From contig OZ024750.1 of NCBI GenBank assembly GCA_964016885.1, positions 48,980,001 to 49,044,000 on the forward strand: a DNA stretch of 64,000 nucleotides, written 5' to 3'. The notes beneath the pieces were generated by a model. The model saw only the letters and a list, made by a program, of their open reading frames with translations. It made no database searches and was not told the origin of the DNA. The position numbers were made by a program, and so were the translations under genes. This DNA comes from Eledone cirrhosa. Taxonomy: Eukaryota. Of this stretch, positions 1-14,989 are shown in pieces (the first letter of the stretch is position 1; the number at the start of each line of letters is the position of its first letter).

Positions 1-900
1 TTCACGGTAGAAACTATGAATGAGAGTTTGAAATTAACACTAAAAATTAAAATCAAAAATCCAAATTAAAATTATTACAAGTTAGAACCTAGATTGAAGT
101 AAGTCAAATAAAAATATATGTTCATATAATAACTAATAAATAGGGAGATGTTTAAATTATAGTAAGACGTTTTGAAAGTGGGGTCATATTACAGATATAT
201 TATCTACATATTGAACGATGGTATCGTACAGTAGAGCGGAGGGTAAATTACAGTATGAAGCAAATGCATAGTTAATATCTCCATCACATGGAATATCTCT
301 ATAATATCTCTATAATATCTCTATCACATGGAACAGAACTAAAAATGCAAAATATAACACACACAAAATACAAAAATACATAAAGTACATTGATGCAAAA
401 TGATGAGACACGTATGAGAAACATATGCGAATAAGGTAGACTGCATGGAAATGAGGGGATATGTGGTTAATATGATTGTCGATTTGTCCATATAAAGGTT
501 TGTTATCTGGTGAAGTGAGGTGGGTTCTGTCAAGGCTTCTGTGCAGATGCAATTTGCTGCAGGAAAATAGGGGTTTATCGTTGTTTTTATTTCCGCGTAT
601 TTATCTTGTCGAAAGTTAGTTTATAATTTTATGTCCGTCCAGTATCAGGGAATTCCAGTGTGTGTAGTCCATCCCCATGGTAGAGGGACTTTTCGGGTGT
701 AGCTGATTGCTGGTTCCTCTCTGCTCCACTATATCGGTTACACCATAGAGTGCTCAACGTTTTGGAGCTAAATTCTTACGGTAAAGATTGATGCAATTCA
801 ACTCAAACACTCAACGTACTTTTACCACATCGGAGTAACGGAGTATATATCGAATAATAAGAAAAAGCGAAGTAGTTTCAGATGTTAGAGCCCTTTAATG
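1..900 (-). mobile_element. Degenerate Penelope-like 3' remnant (possible GIY-YIG tail plus AT-rich UTR)
   Basis: Abuts (TA)n at ~912; minus-strand fragments (HWNSLILD..) only weakly resemble PLE endonuclease C-termini. Confidence 0.25.
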
Positions 901-908
901 ATAATGCT

Positions 909-1002
<94 letters not shown>

Positions 1003-1559
1003 CGTTAAAACAACAACATAAGGCTGGACTGTAAAATTTACTTTACATTTTTAATTCCTTCAAACCAGAATATATAAGTCGATGGCCTAGCCCTATCATC
1101 CGATTATGACGGAGGACTAGACGACTTCATCAGATGTCATTTGCGGAATCATTTAACAGGATTACGTTGAGCCCAAACAGAAAATAGAAATATTGTAAAT
1201 AGAAAATATAGCACCAATTGGATTCGGAGACAGTCTACCCATTCAATAAGATAGGCAGTAAGTTAGCCTAGAAGCATCGCGAAAATGCATTATTGAACAT
1301 TAAAGAATACGCACATATACGCACACGTATATTTGTACAAAAGTATCCCATACTGCAGGGCCTAATGGACTGCCCTTGCAGTACGTACAATCTGGACACT
1401 CACACGCGCCATGGTGTTATGGCAATACTATACATCATTTCACTTCTTTTATTATTGTTGTTATTGATGTTCTTTTGAGAGAATCGTTTTGGCAAGCGAC
1501 TGAAAATATCGAATGGTGTACGCCATTTTTACCAATACCACAAACATACTGGTCCATCC

Positions 1560-2180
<621 letters not shown>

Positions 2181-2640
2181 CAAGCAGAAAAGGACAATCT
2201 TCGACAAACCTACATTTGGCGCGAAACCAGTCCACGCTAAAATCAATTTTAACATTCACGTGACTTCTACCGACCAATCGAAATAGTTTTGACTACAATA
2301 ATTTTGCAACACGAATTGGAGCGAAATTTATAGTGCTTATTCACGAGACATTCAACAACCAACCACATCTTAATACCTCTGAAGCCACTTTTTTCACATA
2401 AAACAGAAGTAATTTCCAAAACTGATCAGATTAGAGCAAAAATCACAAGCGCTGTATCTCAAAATTATGTTTGAAAAGCATTAGATGCGCAACCGGTGAA
2501 GACTTAAAACTAAAACTGAATACTAACTAATACCTATTACTAATTTATACTTATTCCTAATTAAACTAGTATTCACTGGGAAAAATTTGTCACCATTTCC
2601 TTTTCCTTTTTACTTTATATATATATATATATATATATAT

Positions 2641-2775
2641 TTACTCTTTTTTTACCTTTTATTCTTTTACCTATTCCAGCCATCCGGCTGAGGCCATGCT
2701 GGGGTCCCGCCCTTGTTGGTCCACATTTTCTCTCCAGCTTGTATTGGTTGGCCATTTGTGCAACAGGGAGTTCTT
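2641..2775 (-). mobile_element. SINE/LINE 3' tail fragment (catggcctcagccggatggctgg...gtaaaag)
   Basis: Same tail occurs on + at 54118-54155; both are flanked by (TA)n. Confidence 0.5.
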
Positions 2776-2807
<32 letters not shown>

Positions 2808-3739
2808 ATGGGGGGGGGCAGTGAATGAGTGAATGCATATGCGCGCGGTTGTGTGTGTTTATGTGTATGTGCACGCGTGTGAGGGTGTGCGCGTGTATGT
2901 GTGTGTATATGAATGTGTGTGGATGTATGTGTGTGTATGTGTGTGTGTTTATGCATGTGTATATATACCAACTGACAGATATAATCGTTATTTATATATT
3001 TCCCTACTCTTTCTTTCTGTTTCTCCCCCGCTCTCTCATTATCTCCCTGCTTTTCTTAGATTTTTCTGTCCATCTGTTTATTGGTTTTAAATGGAGGATG
3101 TTGTTTATTAAATTAACAAAAAAAAAACACATGTATAGATACACACAGTATGGCGATATATAAATATGTATATGAAGTAGGCCACCACAGTGTAAACAGC
3201 AAGCAATCATTTATCTGTTTTAAATTACTGCTACTAAATATTATCTCCGCAGTTTTGACTGAACATAATAATGTCCTATATTTTGACTTTCGTCATGTTT
3301 CTTTATATTTATTATCTTAAAAAATACTCAGACACTCACACACACACGCACACACATATCTATATATATATGTGTAGGTATATATATATATACACAGTGA
3401 AGCAACACATATCTTCATATATATATATATATATATATCACCCAACTCTCACATTCACACACACACACACACACACATGAACACCTACACCCATCCACAA
3501 ACACCAACGTCAGCCCTCCTCGCTCGGACCTCCCGTCTCCCGCTCCCCTATCCAGTCCCCCCTAACCAAACCACACTTACATGCATCACACTCTTTCACC
3601 CCTTGTTCATTTTTATCATAATTTGTTTTTTATTTGTACATTTAAAACATTTCTTTCATCTCTAAAAAAAATCCCCCTCCCCTTTTATGTCTTTCCATCG
3701 CTCCCCCACACATCCCCGGAACTCTCTTCCTACCCACTG

Positions 3740-3775
3740 TTCTCCTAATGAAGGGATTATGCCCGAAACGTCGTC
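3740..3775 (+). ncRNA. Degenerate type I hammerhead ribozyme (core CUAAUGA, likely inactive) in a PLE end remnant
   Basis: ctaatga-a-ggg attatg ccc-gaaa-cg-tc; G5 mutated; followed by a tail and (TA)n. Confidence 0.45.
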
Positions 3776-3857
3776 CCCCAACCCCACTCTTGAAACTAAA
3801 AACCTTATCACTTGTACTGTCTCTAGTTTTTATTCTCTGTTCATTTATTAAACTGTA

Positions 3858-3924
<67 letters not shown>

Positions 3925-4054
3925 ACAGAGAGAAAATGATGATTATTACTAACAAATATATATATTTTTTTATCATTTATTTTGTTTTGAGCTGTTATAC
4001 CGGTTGCGCATTTCTAATATATATATATTTTTCCATATAATTAAAATCATTGAA

Positions 4055-4123
<69 letters not shown>

Positions 4124-4224
4124 ATGTAGAGAGAGAGAACCTGTGAAAGAGAAATAAGAATAGGATGGGAGCGCAAGTGATGCAATGAGAATGTGATATA
4201 GTAGAATAATGATTTCGAATACTG

Positions 4225-4345
4225 AATTGGTACTCAACTTATCAACAGCAAAACGACGAAAAGCTAAATTTGATCTGCACCGAATTTGAAATCTGCGGGA
4301 CCGAATATCGCATATGATTCCATCAACAGTATTAATGACTCGTCA
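4225..4345 (-). mobile_element. Old diverged SINE copy
   Basis: ggtact..tttatc..aaaagctaaatttgatct..gaatttgaa resembles the reverse complement of the young SINE family. Confidence 0.4.
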
Positions 4346-5954
4346 AGTACGATGTGTTACGATATAAATATTTTGGGGTACTACCATTGCCTGTTATTGT
4401 GAACGAAGGATAATTCTGATTGTGCATAAGTTCCATTCTCTACATTTATTTCATATGCTCTTAAAATTAAGGTTTGTTTCATCACGCATATTTCCACTTA
4501 ATATTTCAAATGATTAAGAGTCGAGCTCTATGTCGGTTTGGTCATGAATGTAATAAAGTTAAAATGAAATGAAATTTACTTGAAATATGTACTGAAATGG
4601 CGCCGTCACGCAATGTGCTCATTCTACAATTAATACTTATATAACGATACATCTTACATATATAAATTTAAATAATAACAGTTTCATAAAGATACAGAGA
4701 ACATCTTCTGCGCGTTCCATAAAACACTTAGAAGGAACATTTAAGTGCCCCTTGAATCATCACAGCATTCCAGCTTAATATCACCGACTGCGTTGGACAT
4801 GAAGACATGGATATCGGGATGTCTTCAATAATATATCTTGTAATCCGGAGTTAACTAAAGATAAACTACAATAGCTCATAGTTAAATACATTGTTTAATC
4901 TGATACACAGATAATTCATTTCACTTTGTTACAAAATGAGAGGAAACGAAAAATATGGCCATAGATTTCAAAATAGGCAATTCCATAATTTACATGTACA
5001 ATTATTACTGAGTTGGAAGGAGCCTCTCTGGTTATGTATGTTTCCTCGACAAAGCAGAACATATAGAGGCATGTGTTCTAAAGGGTCTATAGTAAAAGAA
5101 ATGCACACACATGTACACCAAGTCCGAACATAGAGGAGCTGAACACTAACTGCATTCGTCTCTCTCGCCCTCTCCATCTCTTACAAGTATGAGAACATTG
5201 GGGGGTCCCACGCGTTGGCCGCTCCACAGCCCCGACGAACAGAATAGAGAAGTGATTTCCCAAGAGGATCAACATGGAGTTGCGCTGGAAGAGCCTATCC
5301 AGATTGCGAGGCTTATAACGCGAGTAAAAGTCCGAATAAGAGAAGTAAAAACTACATGGATGTATAGAGGTAGAGTACGTGGAAAGGCATTAATACAGCA
5401 CCCTTAGCACCCTTAGCACACGACACATGATCCCCCCGCCCCCCCTCGGAACATAAATACTGCAACCTGAACTATATTGTAATTCTCCTATGTCTTGATT
5501 TCTCCATCTTACTCCAACACCACTCTTGTTGGTTTATTTACATGTTTATACCTATATATTGATATGTTTATATATTTATACCTCTGCTGTACCAATGTGC
5601 TCTTTCACGTATTCCACTTCTATGTATCCATGTATTTCTACTCCTAACATCGGGACCTGTACCCATTAGCACACGACACTAGAATGTCTCCTCCTGAGAA
5701 CAAAAATTAAACATTACACGACTATATCCCGTACTCTACATCCCACTAGGATAAATTACAGATCTACATAATACAATTAACGTTTCTTCATAAAAGACTA
5801 TTTAATTAAACCCCGCAACCTAAAACCTCATAGAAGTTATTTGAATGTTTAATCTTCAATTTTCTGTTTGTTCAATTCTCAATCTTCTTCTCCTTAGTTG
5901 TATAATGTAATTCTGAATTATTTCAACTTCATCCGATAGAGTTAAGCAAAATTC

Positions 5955-6960
5955 TAAAGTTCCAACTTTCTGTCGGATTGTTGGGTGGGTTTTAGCGGCG
6001 GCGCGACCAGCTCTCTGGCGAACGAGCTGACCTGAAGTGCTTGGAAAAATAAATTTCCACTTCTTTCGGTAAGTGAAAATACTCGGCGTGGCTTAATTCG
6101 CCATGGGGCCCGGGGCGCGGCCGGTGTTTTAACCGCCACATAGTACCTTTAAATTACAGAACAAATCGGAACTATTAGATATATCAACCTGAAAGTGTTA
6201 AACTGTTGAACTTTAAATTTTCTAACCTCTTTAATATGGAATATTGATTATTATTTTTTTAACTTCATCCTATAAGTCTAAACATTGTAACACATTGACC
6301 CCCAATATATTCACCTCTGCTAAGATGCGGGTCCCTGTGAAAATTTTCTCGCGCCACTCTTGGTCTGACTGTGGTGTGACATTAATATCGACCTTCCTTC
6401 CTCTCTCTTTCTATCTTCCTTCTTGTAGCCATCAACCCTTACTCTTCTACTTCTCTACGAAAAATTTTAAAGTTCCAACTTTCTGTCGGACTGTTGGGTG
6501 GGTTTTAATGGCAGTGCGACTGGCTCCATGGCGAACGAGCTCACCTGGAGTGCTTGGAAAAATAAATTTCCCCTTCTTTCGGTAAATGAAAATACTCGGC
6601 GTAGCTTAATTCGCCATGGGGCTCGGGGCGCGGACGGTGTTTTAACCGCCACATAGTACCTTTAAATTACAGAACAAATCGGAACTATTATATAATAAAA
6701 TGTTAAACTGTTGAACTTTAAATTTTCTAACCTCTTTAATATTGAATATTGATTATTAATTTTTTTAACTTCATCCTAAAAGTCTAAACACTGTAACACA
6801 CTGACTCCCAATATATTCACCTCTGCTAAGATGCGGGTCCCTGTAAACATTTTCTCGCGCCACTCCTGACCTGACTGTGGTCTGACATTAATATCGACCT
6901 TTCTTCCTCTTTCTTTCTATCTTCCTTCTTGTAGCCATCAACCCTTACTTTTCTACTTTC
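5955..6960. repeat. Tandem duplication, period ~513 bp
   Basis: taaagttccaactttctgtcgga starts at 5955 and 6468; copies similar throughout with scattered substitutions and one small indel. Confidence 0.95.
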
Positions 6961-7352
6961 TCTCTTCTCTTCCTTCTCTTCTCCCCTCTTCCTGTCTTCC
7001 TCCCGCAGACTTATCTTCCTTCCCCCTCTTGCTTGCCTATATCTGACCGGTAGTAGTTGCCTTTCTTCTTTTAGCTCACATTAACCCTGGCTTCTCTTCT
7101 TCTTACTTCCCCCTTCTTCTCTCTCCGTCCTTTCTTTCTTTCTTTTAGCTTGTGTCATGAGATTGACGTTAACTTATGTTCCCAGCCCTTTCTGTTTTCG
7201 TTTATCTGACCGGTAGTAGCATACTATAAACTTTAGCCACGTCATTCCAGGGCGACCGGCTGAGGTTGAAGGAACAGATTAGCGGTCGCCCTCGGGTCCT
7301 CGATTTTCAGCCCCATGGATTTTATCTATTACATTCACGTATTATATTTCGA

Positions 7353-7410
7353 ATACCTGATGATATCACCGGATTCATAGGGAACTCGGTCATTGAAATG
7401 ATCATAGTAT
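7353..7410 (+). ncRNA. Minimal type I hammerhead ribozyme
   Basis: atac-CUGAUGA-stem II (accg..cggt)-GAAA-UGAUCA palindrome-UA-gtat; stem I atac/gtat. Confidence 0.75.
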
Positions 7411-7627
7411 AATAAACTTTCAAGGATTTACACAAATCCAGCCTCCTGTCATTTCATTATAATATTTAACTCCGTATTAGCACCACCAACTACAAAAACA
7501 AAGACGGTTGAACTGCCTTACGTTGAGTACTCTCTATATTATTGCATTACGATTGACCATACGGAATAGACCAGCTCTATACAGTGGTGAACCTCAAACC
7601 TGAATATATATATATATATATATATAC

Positions 7628-7673
<46 letters not shown>

Positions 7674-7971
7674 AATATATAAATATATATATATGAATAT
7701 ATATATGACCTCCCTGATGACGCAATGAAATTCTCAACAGTTCATTACGTAACTGTCTTTATCCCATTGCAGAAACTAATTAGTTGGAGTGAAAATTTAA
7801 GTAAGTTAATTTTTTTTTTTTTTTTTTTTAAAGAAATTTTCTTATTTTACGTCTTTTATATTATTGTTCTGCATTCTCCTGCATTGAACCACCTAGGTAC
7901 TATGACATAACCTGTGTATTTGCTGGCATTAGCGTACATCTGTGCGATTATGTTAGTAGATATATTAAATT

Positions 7972-8066
<95 letters not shown>

Positions 8067-8089
8067 CGTATATATATATATATATATAT

Positions 8090-8758
8090 TAGTTTAGGGA
8101 GGTTTTTTATATGAAAGCGTGTGTCGAAACAGATATTGTTATACTTGGGGAGGGTTATATTTGCGTAATATTGCCAGAATTAATAACAGAACACACTCAC
8201 TGTTTGGTTGGTTTTCGTAATATTGCCAGAATTAATAACAGAACACACCCACTGTTTATATGCGTAATATTGGTTTTGCGTAATATTGCCAGAATTAATA
8301 ACAGAACACACCACTGTTTATATGCGTAATATGGTTTTGCGTAATATTGCCAGAATTAATAACAGAACACACCCACTGTTTATATGCGCAAAGAAGACAA
8401 AATAAAATAAGATAAACAAACAAGCAAATAAATAAATAAATATATAGACAGACTGAATAAAAAATGGCGTAGACATACAACACAACAGGAGGAACAAAGA
8501 ATATAACACCACTGACGATGTTGCAGATGTGCAACGAAAGATTTATGTACATTATGTAAACTATATATATGTGTTTGTGTCTATATTGTATCTGTATTAT
8601 TTTTTACCGTCGGCCAGTCAATGTCAACATTGAGGACCGAGTAAGTTAGATCGCAGATATAAAAGACAGCGAGAAGCGAAAACCAACCAAACAGTGAGTG
8701 TGTTCTGTTATTAATTCTGGCAATATTACGCAAATGACCCTCCCCAAGTATAACAATA
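8090..8758 (+). mobile_element. Non-coding PLE derivative with inverted end, ~58-bp internal tandem repeats and hammerhead
   Basis: 8133-8217 is the inverse of 8677-8758; HHR-like CUGACGA-u-guugca/ugcaac-GAAA at 8512-8539; terminus cccaagtataacaatat shared with the 23.5-28.2 kb PLE; (TA)n on both sides. Confidence 0.75.
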
Positions 8759-8895
8759 TATATATATATAAATATATATAAATGTATATATAAATATATA
8801 TATATAAATATAAATATATATATATAAATATATATATATATAAATATATATATATATAAATATATATATATATAAATATATATATATATGAATAT

Positions 8896-8980
<85 letters not shown>

Positions 8981-9025
8981 AATATATATATATACGTATA
9001 TATATATATATTTAAATATATATAT

Positions 9026-9063
<38 letters not shown>

Positions 9064-9139
9064 TTAAATATATATATATATATATATATATTTAAATATA
9101 TATATATAAATATATATATATAAATATATATATATATAC

Positions 9140-9180
<41 letters not shown>

Positions 9181-9240
9181 TATATATAAATATATATATA
9201 TATATACGTATATATATATATATTTAAACATATATATATA

Positions 9241-9272
<32 letters not shown>

Positions 9273-9338
9273 CGTATATATATATATATTTAAATATATA
9301 TATATATATAAATATATATATATATACGTATATATATA

Positions 9339-9390
<52 letters not shown>
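8756..9390. repeat. Long interrupted (TA)n/(TAAA) microsatellite
   Basis: Direct reading. Confidence 0.95.
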
Positions 9391-9696
9391 CGTCAAGTAA
9401 TTCGGGTATTGAAAAATTACTCGGACCCCTGGAAGGTTGGTAAAATCCAGTATATGGGTTTCTGCGGCTCCTAAATCAAGTACCGCCGCTTACATAAATA
9501 ATGTCAGGCTTCTGGTAAGATGATTGAACAAGGAAGCCCCTTTCTCAACAGGTTTTAGTTGAATGTTATTATAAGGACTGACTATCGCTGACCCCACGTG
9601 GGGATCTGCAAGGGGAGCAACCCCTATATCAGGCGAATTAATTCAGTTGTGTATATTTTTGCAAGAATGCAAAAACATCACAAATCTAATATATAT

Positions 9697-9784
<88 letters not shown>

Positions 9785-10497
9785 TAGTAATAGAATCATA
9801 TTTTTGTAGGAACGATGTTACGTGTTATTTTTGCTTATACTACGATCGGACTATTTAGATTTTAATGTTATATGCATTTAATACTTTTGTTTAGCGACGA
9901 ATGAACTACGAACATCTCTCCTCATCTATATATCAATAAAATCTGTCACTTAAAAGTTATTATTGTCCTGATGTCTATAATGTGATTTATAACAGAGTCT
10001 TCAGAGTATTGAATTAATCTGTTTCTGCACACTGCGTCCTGATTTCTAATCGGAGCGATGTCATATTTCTATTACATCATCTCGATGTCAATGAATAATG
10101 TACCAGTCTAGTAGTGCGTTCAATTCTTCTGTAATACCTTTTCATTTCTATCTCGCTCTTTTCCGACCTCTTATATTTTTTTCTGGAAGAAATCGGCTAC
10201 TCTCTTATGTGTAGGGGGATAAAGAGCGCCCGATTGAAAATGCTAAACTGTAAAAGTGTGGCATGCAGCCCCACAGGATTTAATGACCATTTACATTTTA
10301 CATACCTAAAACGAAATTGATATCTTGTTGATATCGTTTTAAGAAACGATATCCAGAAGAAATACTTACACTCTACTAAGTTTCATATATGTCGTGATGG
10401 TGTTTTAACCCTCATGCAAGAAAGAAAGAGCGTGAGAGAGAGATAGAGAGAAAGAGTGGGGGAAATGGAGTGTGGCGAAAGAGAAAACCAGTGTTAG

Positions 10498-10630
10498 GGA
10501 GTAGTGGTGAGAGCATTGAGCTCAAGATCGTAAGTTCTCTTCCTGGCGCTGGCACCCCGGTGCCTCATTGAGCAAAATAATATATAATTCACTTCACCCC
10601 AGTCCACTCAGTTGAGAAAAATGAATTGCC
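10498..10630 (+). mobile_element. Degenerate tRNA-derived SINE (second family)
   Basis: A-box-like gtagtggtgagagc, then ttgagcaaaa..ccagtccactcagttg..aaatgaat core typical of metazoan SINEs. Confidence 0.5.
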
Positions 10631-13600
10631 ACAACATTGGTGTTAACTCGGATCAACTTTTTTTTTTTCCATTAACGGATGAGTGTTGTAATAAATATTA
10701 ATAACAACAATAACAATTATACATATGATAAAGCAGGCACAGGTTTACGCCTCTGCATAGAAGACAGAGGATAGAACACGATAGACATAATGATATTGGT
10801 AGCATTCTGAAAAATGCTCCTGCACGTATAGAAACGCTGCCGTCTATCTATATTGGTTTCCCATAAACATTGTTTGATTGATTATTGACAACATAAGACA
10901 GGATTAATACGGAACACAGTTTCCGTAAACTAGAAATTGCTCACATATATAAACGATAAAATACCTAGTTACATTTTTTTTATAATTGGATTGTCACAAT
11001 AATTATCTTTATAGTTAATAACCTTAGTATACCTAACTAACTAATAAACTCCGGATATCCATATAGTTAAGTGCCTAGGAAATTATTATCATCACAATAT
11101 CAAAGAAATCGTCAAACAATTCTAATAGAAGTGTTGTTAAATGTTATGTCGAGCCAGAAATTATATTGCACCATCAATATAAATATATGATTCATATATA
11201 AATTGATGTTTGACAGTTGAAAATATATTTGCTCCGGGAACACTTTTCCCTCTTTCATGTACACGACATAAAGTATATTCTTAAGGAATTCATTTCTTGT
11301 GTGAGGAATAATTCATGTCTAACAAAATCAATAATGCACTATACAATATCGTTGGAAACATACAATTATGTGCCTTTACCTACTGGGCTGAAACACTCCG
11401 AGTTCAACATTGGGTTTCATATTGCCAAGACCGCTTAAAATATGCTCAAAACGTGCCAGTTTCAATTAGATCGATGACGTCCCACTTCTCAAATATTTGG
11501 CGTTGTTTCAAGAAAAGTCAACATTAATTGTCAGAATAAGCTTTATCATTTCTAATAGTGCGATTTCTTATTGCATGTTCTACTGAGGACTCTTCAAATT
11601 ACCATATCAATTCCCCTTCTCAGATGCAAAATCCTTTAATGATTCTGGCAAAACCAATACCAGTGTTAGTAAATATTATAAATTTCGCAAGATCTAAACG
11701 TTTACGTTTTAAAAGCGGTCAATAATCTCAGCCCCATTTCTATTTTTAACACTGTAACATTGTATAGACTGAAGGCATCGACCATAAATCATTGTTATTG
11801 TCCACTAGTATATATAATACATTAGATAAAGTTGCTCCCTGTATAATATGACATATGTATCATGTAATTCTTACCTCCCTTGACTTAGGTTTTTTTAACG
11901 TTTGTGCTGTCCTTATTCCAAACTTCAAATCGACTTTCAACACATTTGGTGGTTGCTTACTTTTTGTTATCCACAAATAGACATTCAGGTGTGGGTAATA
12001 AGTTACAATCAGACTCATGTATTTGGCAAACGTCTGTATCATCCCACGATTGCAGGCCACCCTATATTGATTATCCGGTTGATTTTTTAAATTCATATCT
12101 ATTACCTGATCATTTGTTGTATGCAAAATGTGTTCACCCGTCTAGCTTCGAGTTACTAATAAAGGCTTGATTTGTCTTTAAACATTAAATGTAATGAACC
12201 CGGCAACAGCGAAAACAACATAAACCGAGTAGTGATATACATGCAGCCAATTATCTTTACCTGAGAATAAAGTTTATTAAAATGAAAATAATAAAAGCTG
12301 TCTTTAATGTAACAATTATGAGCTAAAATATATTACAATATACATTTTATTCTAATCAATATAAACATGTTATCTAATCTCTCTTTACTATAAATAATAC
12401 TGAAATACAATTCTTACAGTATTTTTATAAAACAATATATATTTCATTTGTTGCTTGGGAAGGAATCACCTCTGATCGATAATTCATAATTCCACTGACT
12501 TTCGTGGCAATTACCTCTTCATTTACATCAGTATTGTTCATTTTTATCATTATTGCATCATAGATCCCACATATGATTTCGTAAATCCATTTACTTCGGT
12601 AGTTATAACTTATACATTATTCTTTAGAATGTACTTACGTTGTTAATTATTCCATTATTATGATGATAACTATATTTGGTATATACAATTATGTTGGGAT
12701 ATGTTAATTTAAAACGCGGGATCTTTGAAATTGGTGGTTTTGTTTCAAGAATCAGAATTGTCTTGGTATCATAAAACCAGTGGTTGTTATTTATTCTTAG
12801 ACTCAAAGTAATTTAAGAAGGTTGTTATCAAAAGAAGTTAACGTAAATGAGTAGTGAATGCATTCATAAATCTTAAATGAATACATTAAATTTCTTAATA
12901 TACCAGACTTGATGAATATGAAATATTTCTTACTTATTGAAAAATAATAAATAAAGAAAATGTTTTTGTTAAACGTTTCAAATATAATTCATGTATGCAT
13001 CGTCCTACTACACAAATCTACAGAAATCTGCAGGCGGTCGCATAGCACAATCTATCGTATGATAGTTTCCCAAATACTTTAGTCAAATATTGTAGATACT
13101 ACTCAATCCGCGTTTAGCGTTTAAGAATGAAATTGAAAGCTAACCAAATAAAAAGTATGCAAAGTATATACGATATGAAAGTAATGCTAAGATCTGACTG
13201 TTAGATTTAATGAATGTTTAGGAAGGAGAGCTTTGATCTCATCAGTACATTAGGCTCCAAGGAAAAATAAACCTAGATCTGTACAGATCTAAGGTACTGA
13301 ATATGTGAACTCTGGAAATACTTATTGTATTTTTATATATTTAAAATGATATATTTTTATTACTTACATTTTATTTAAATGTTCCTAAGAATAGCCAACA
13401 TTTCGGTTTCTATTTCTCTCTAGTTGCTTCCACCTTTGTTCTACTAAACTATCGTATTTTTCATTTTTGTTTTAGTTGCAAAGGTTGAAGACGACAGCAT
13501 TTTCCATTTAATATTAAATGCATTCTTTTATTCTATTTAAATTATATTGTCACTCATATTTTGTATAATTTCGTTGCTTGCGACCAAAAATACACTGTAT

Positions 13601-14042
13601 AACCTTCTACGAGGGATTTGTACCTACCCACGTTAGAAAGGCACCATACTTATCTATCAAAACATCTATTGCAGCAAATTTGTAGTTAAACTTTTTTGAT
13701 GAAAATCATTGTATTTCTCACTTCCTCGCAGTATCACATATTTGCTAATCTATAGCAAATACTGGATATTGCGGAAGACGTACAGTTGCATGTTTTATAG
13801 AACGTTATCTGCTTGAACTTGTAAGATGTATTCAGTAGAATGCTATATTCTTTTTTAATTCTTCCAATAAGTATAAATGTAGAATTTCAAAAGAACTTCC
13901 TGAAACTTTGCATACATACATTTTCATTGACACATTATTAATGACAACATAATAGCGGAGAACGAAAAATGAAAATGTAAAATATCATTTAGTAAATAAT
14001 GGTGAGTTTAAACCAAAATTATTGAAATCAATACCCCAGTTG

Positions 14043-14260
<218 letters not shown>

Positions 14261-14968
14261 AATATATTTATATATTTTTTATATATGTGTGTGTGTTTTT
14301 ATGTGAGTATATGTGTTTGTGTCTGTGTTTATGGTTGCGCGTAAGTGTGTGAGTGAGTATGTGTGTTTTTTTGTTTTTTATGTGTGTTTTTTTGTTTTTC
14401 TGTTTTTTGGGTTTTTTGTTTTTTTGTTTTTTTGTGAATGTGTCTGTTGATTTTGGCATATTGTTGATTAGTTTAAGAGAGGTTCGAAGATAATAGTAAG
14501 ATATGCACTCAGTATTTTGAATCTGTCTGCAGAATTCTCTAGACCTTTGTCACTTAGTAGAACCTTAATGACTTTAGCTTTTAAAGAATCTCCCTTTTCT
14601 TTAATTCTATCGAGCATGACTGACCCCCCACTGATTTTATAGACATCTGTTAGCTTAAGAGAAACTTATTGACAAGGAATGGTATGCCATCCGGAACCTG
14701 TTTATAGAATTCTGTCTGCCTTTGTTACTCTAAAAACATAAATAAATATAAATGAAAATAAAAATTAACTATAGCTTTGTAGAATTAACTTTTAATGAAT
14801 TCCCTTTTCTATCAACCAATGACCTGCACCCATCCCACTCCCCACCCTCTCCTACCACTTGTAGAGACCTATAAATACCATATTTATTTTTTGATACCCA
14901 GATGCCTGATGATTTCTAATGAATGAAACAGTTCTAGTCCTGTAGAATCTCATCTATATTAAAACTAT
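14261..14968. mobile_element. Old PLE remnant: inverted endonuclease tail plus + strand end with degenerate hammerhead
   Basis: Minus strand near 14470-14520 reads like ..Y..IFEPLLN; ctgatga..gaaa at 14906-14928; ends in (TA)n. Confidence 0.4.
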
Positions 14969-14989
14969 ATATATATATATATATATATA

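Larger units (their letters stand above)
4930..7605 (+). mobile_element. Decayed Penelope-like element: endonuclease tail, long 3' region with 513-bp duplication, hammerhead, tail into (TA)n
   Basis: EVISQEDQHGVALEEPIQI (5189 ORF) resembles a GIY-YIG C-terminus; intact HHR at 7353-7410; ends at (TA)n 7605. Confidence 0.45.

Noticed and set aside
1040-1140. Minus-strand CUGAUGA with hairpins
   Set aside because: No GAAA at the required position; at best a dead hammerhead. The same applies to relics at 7714, 22541, 58143 and 59806.
8160-8390. CRISPR-like regularly spaced repeats
   Set aside because: The spacers are not unique, the context is eukaryotic and there are no cas genes; this is a tandem stutter within a PLE derivative.
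11200-12900. Possible host exons or old RT fragments
   Set aside because: Only isolated weak motifs (PTIAG, DAFSLY) on opposite strands; no consistent frame or splice structure.
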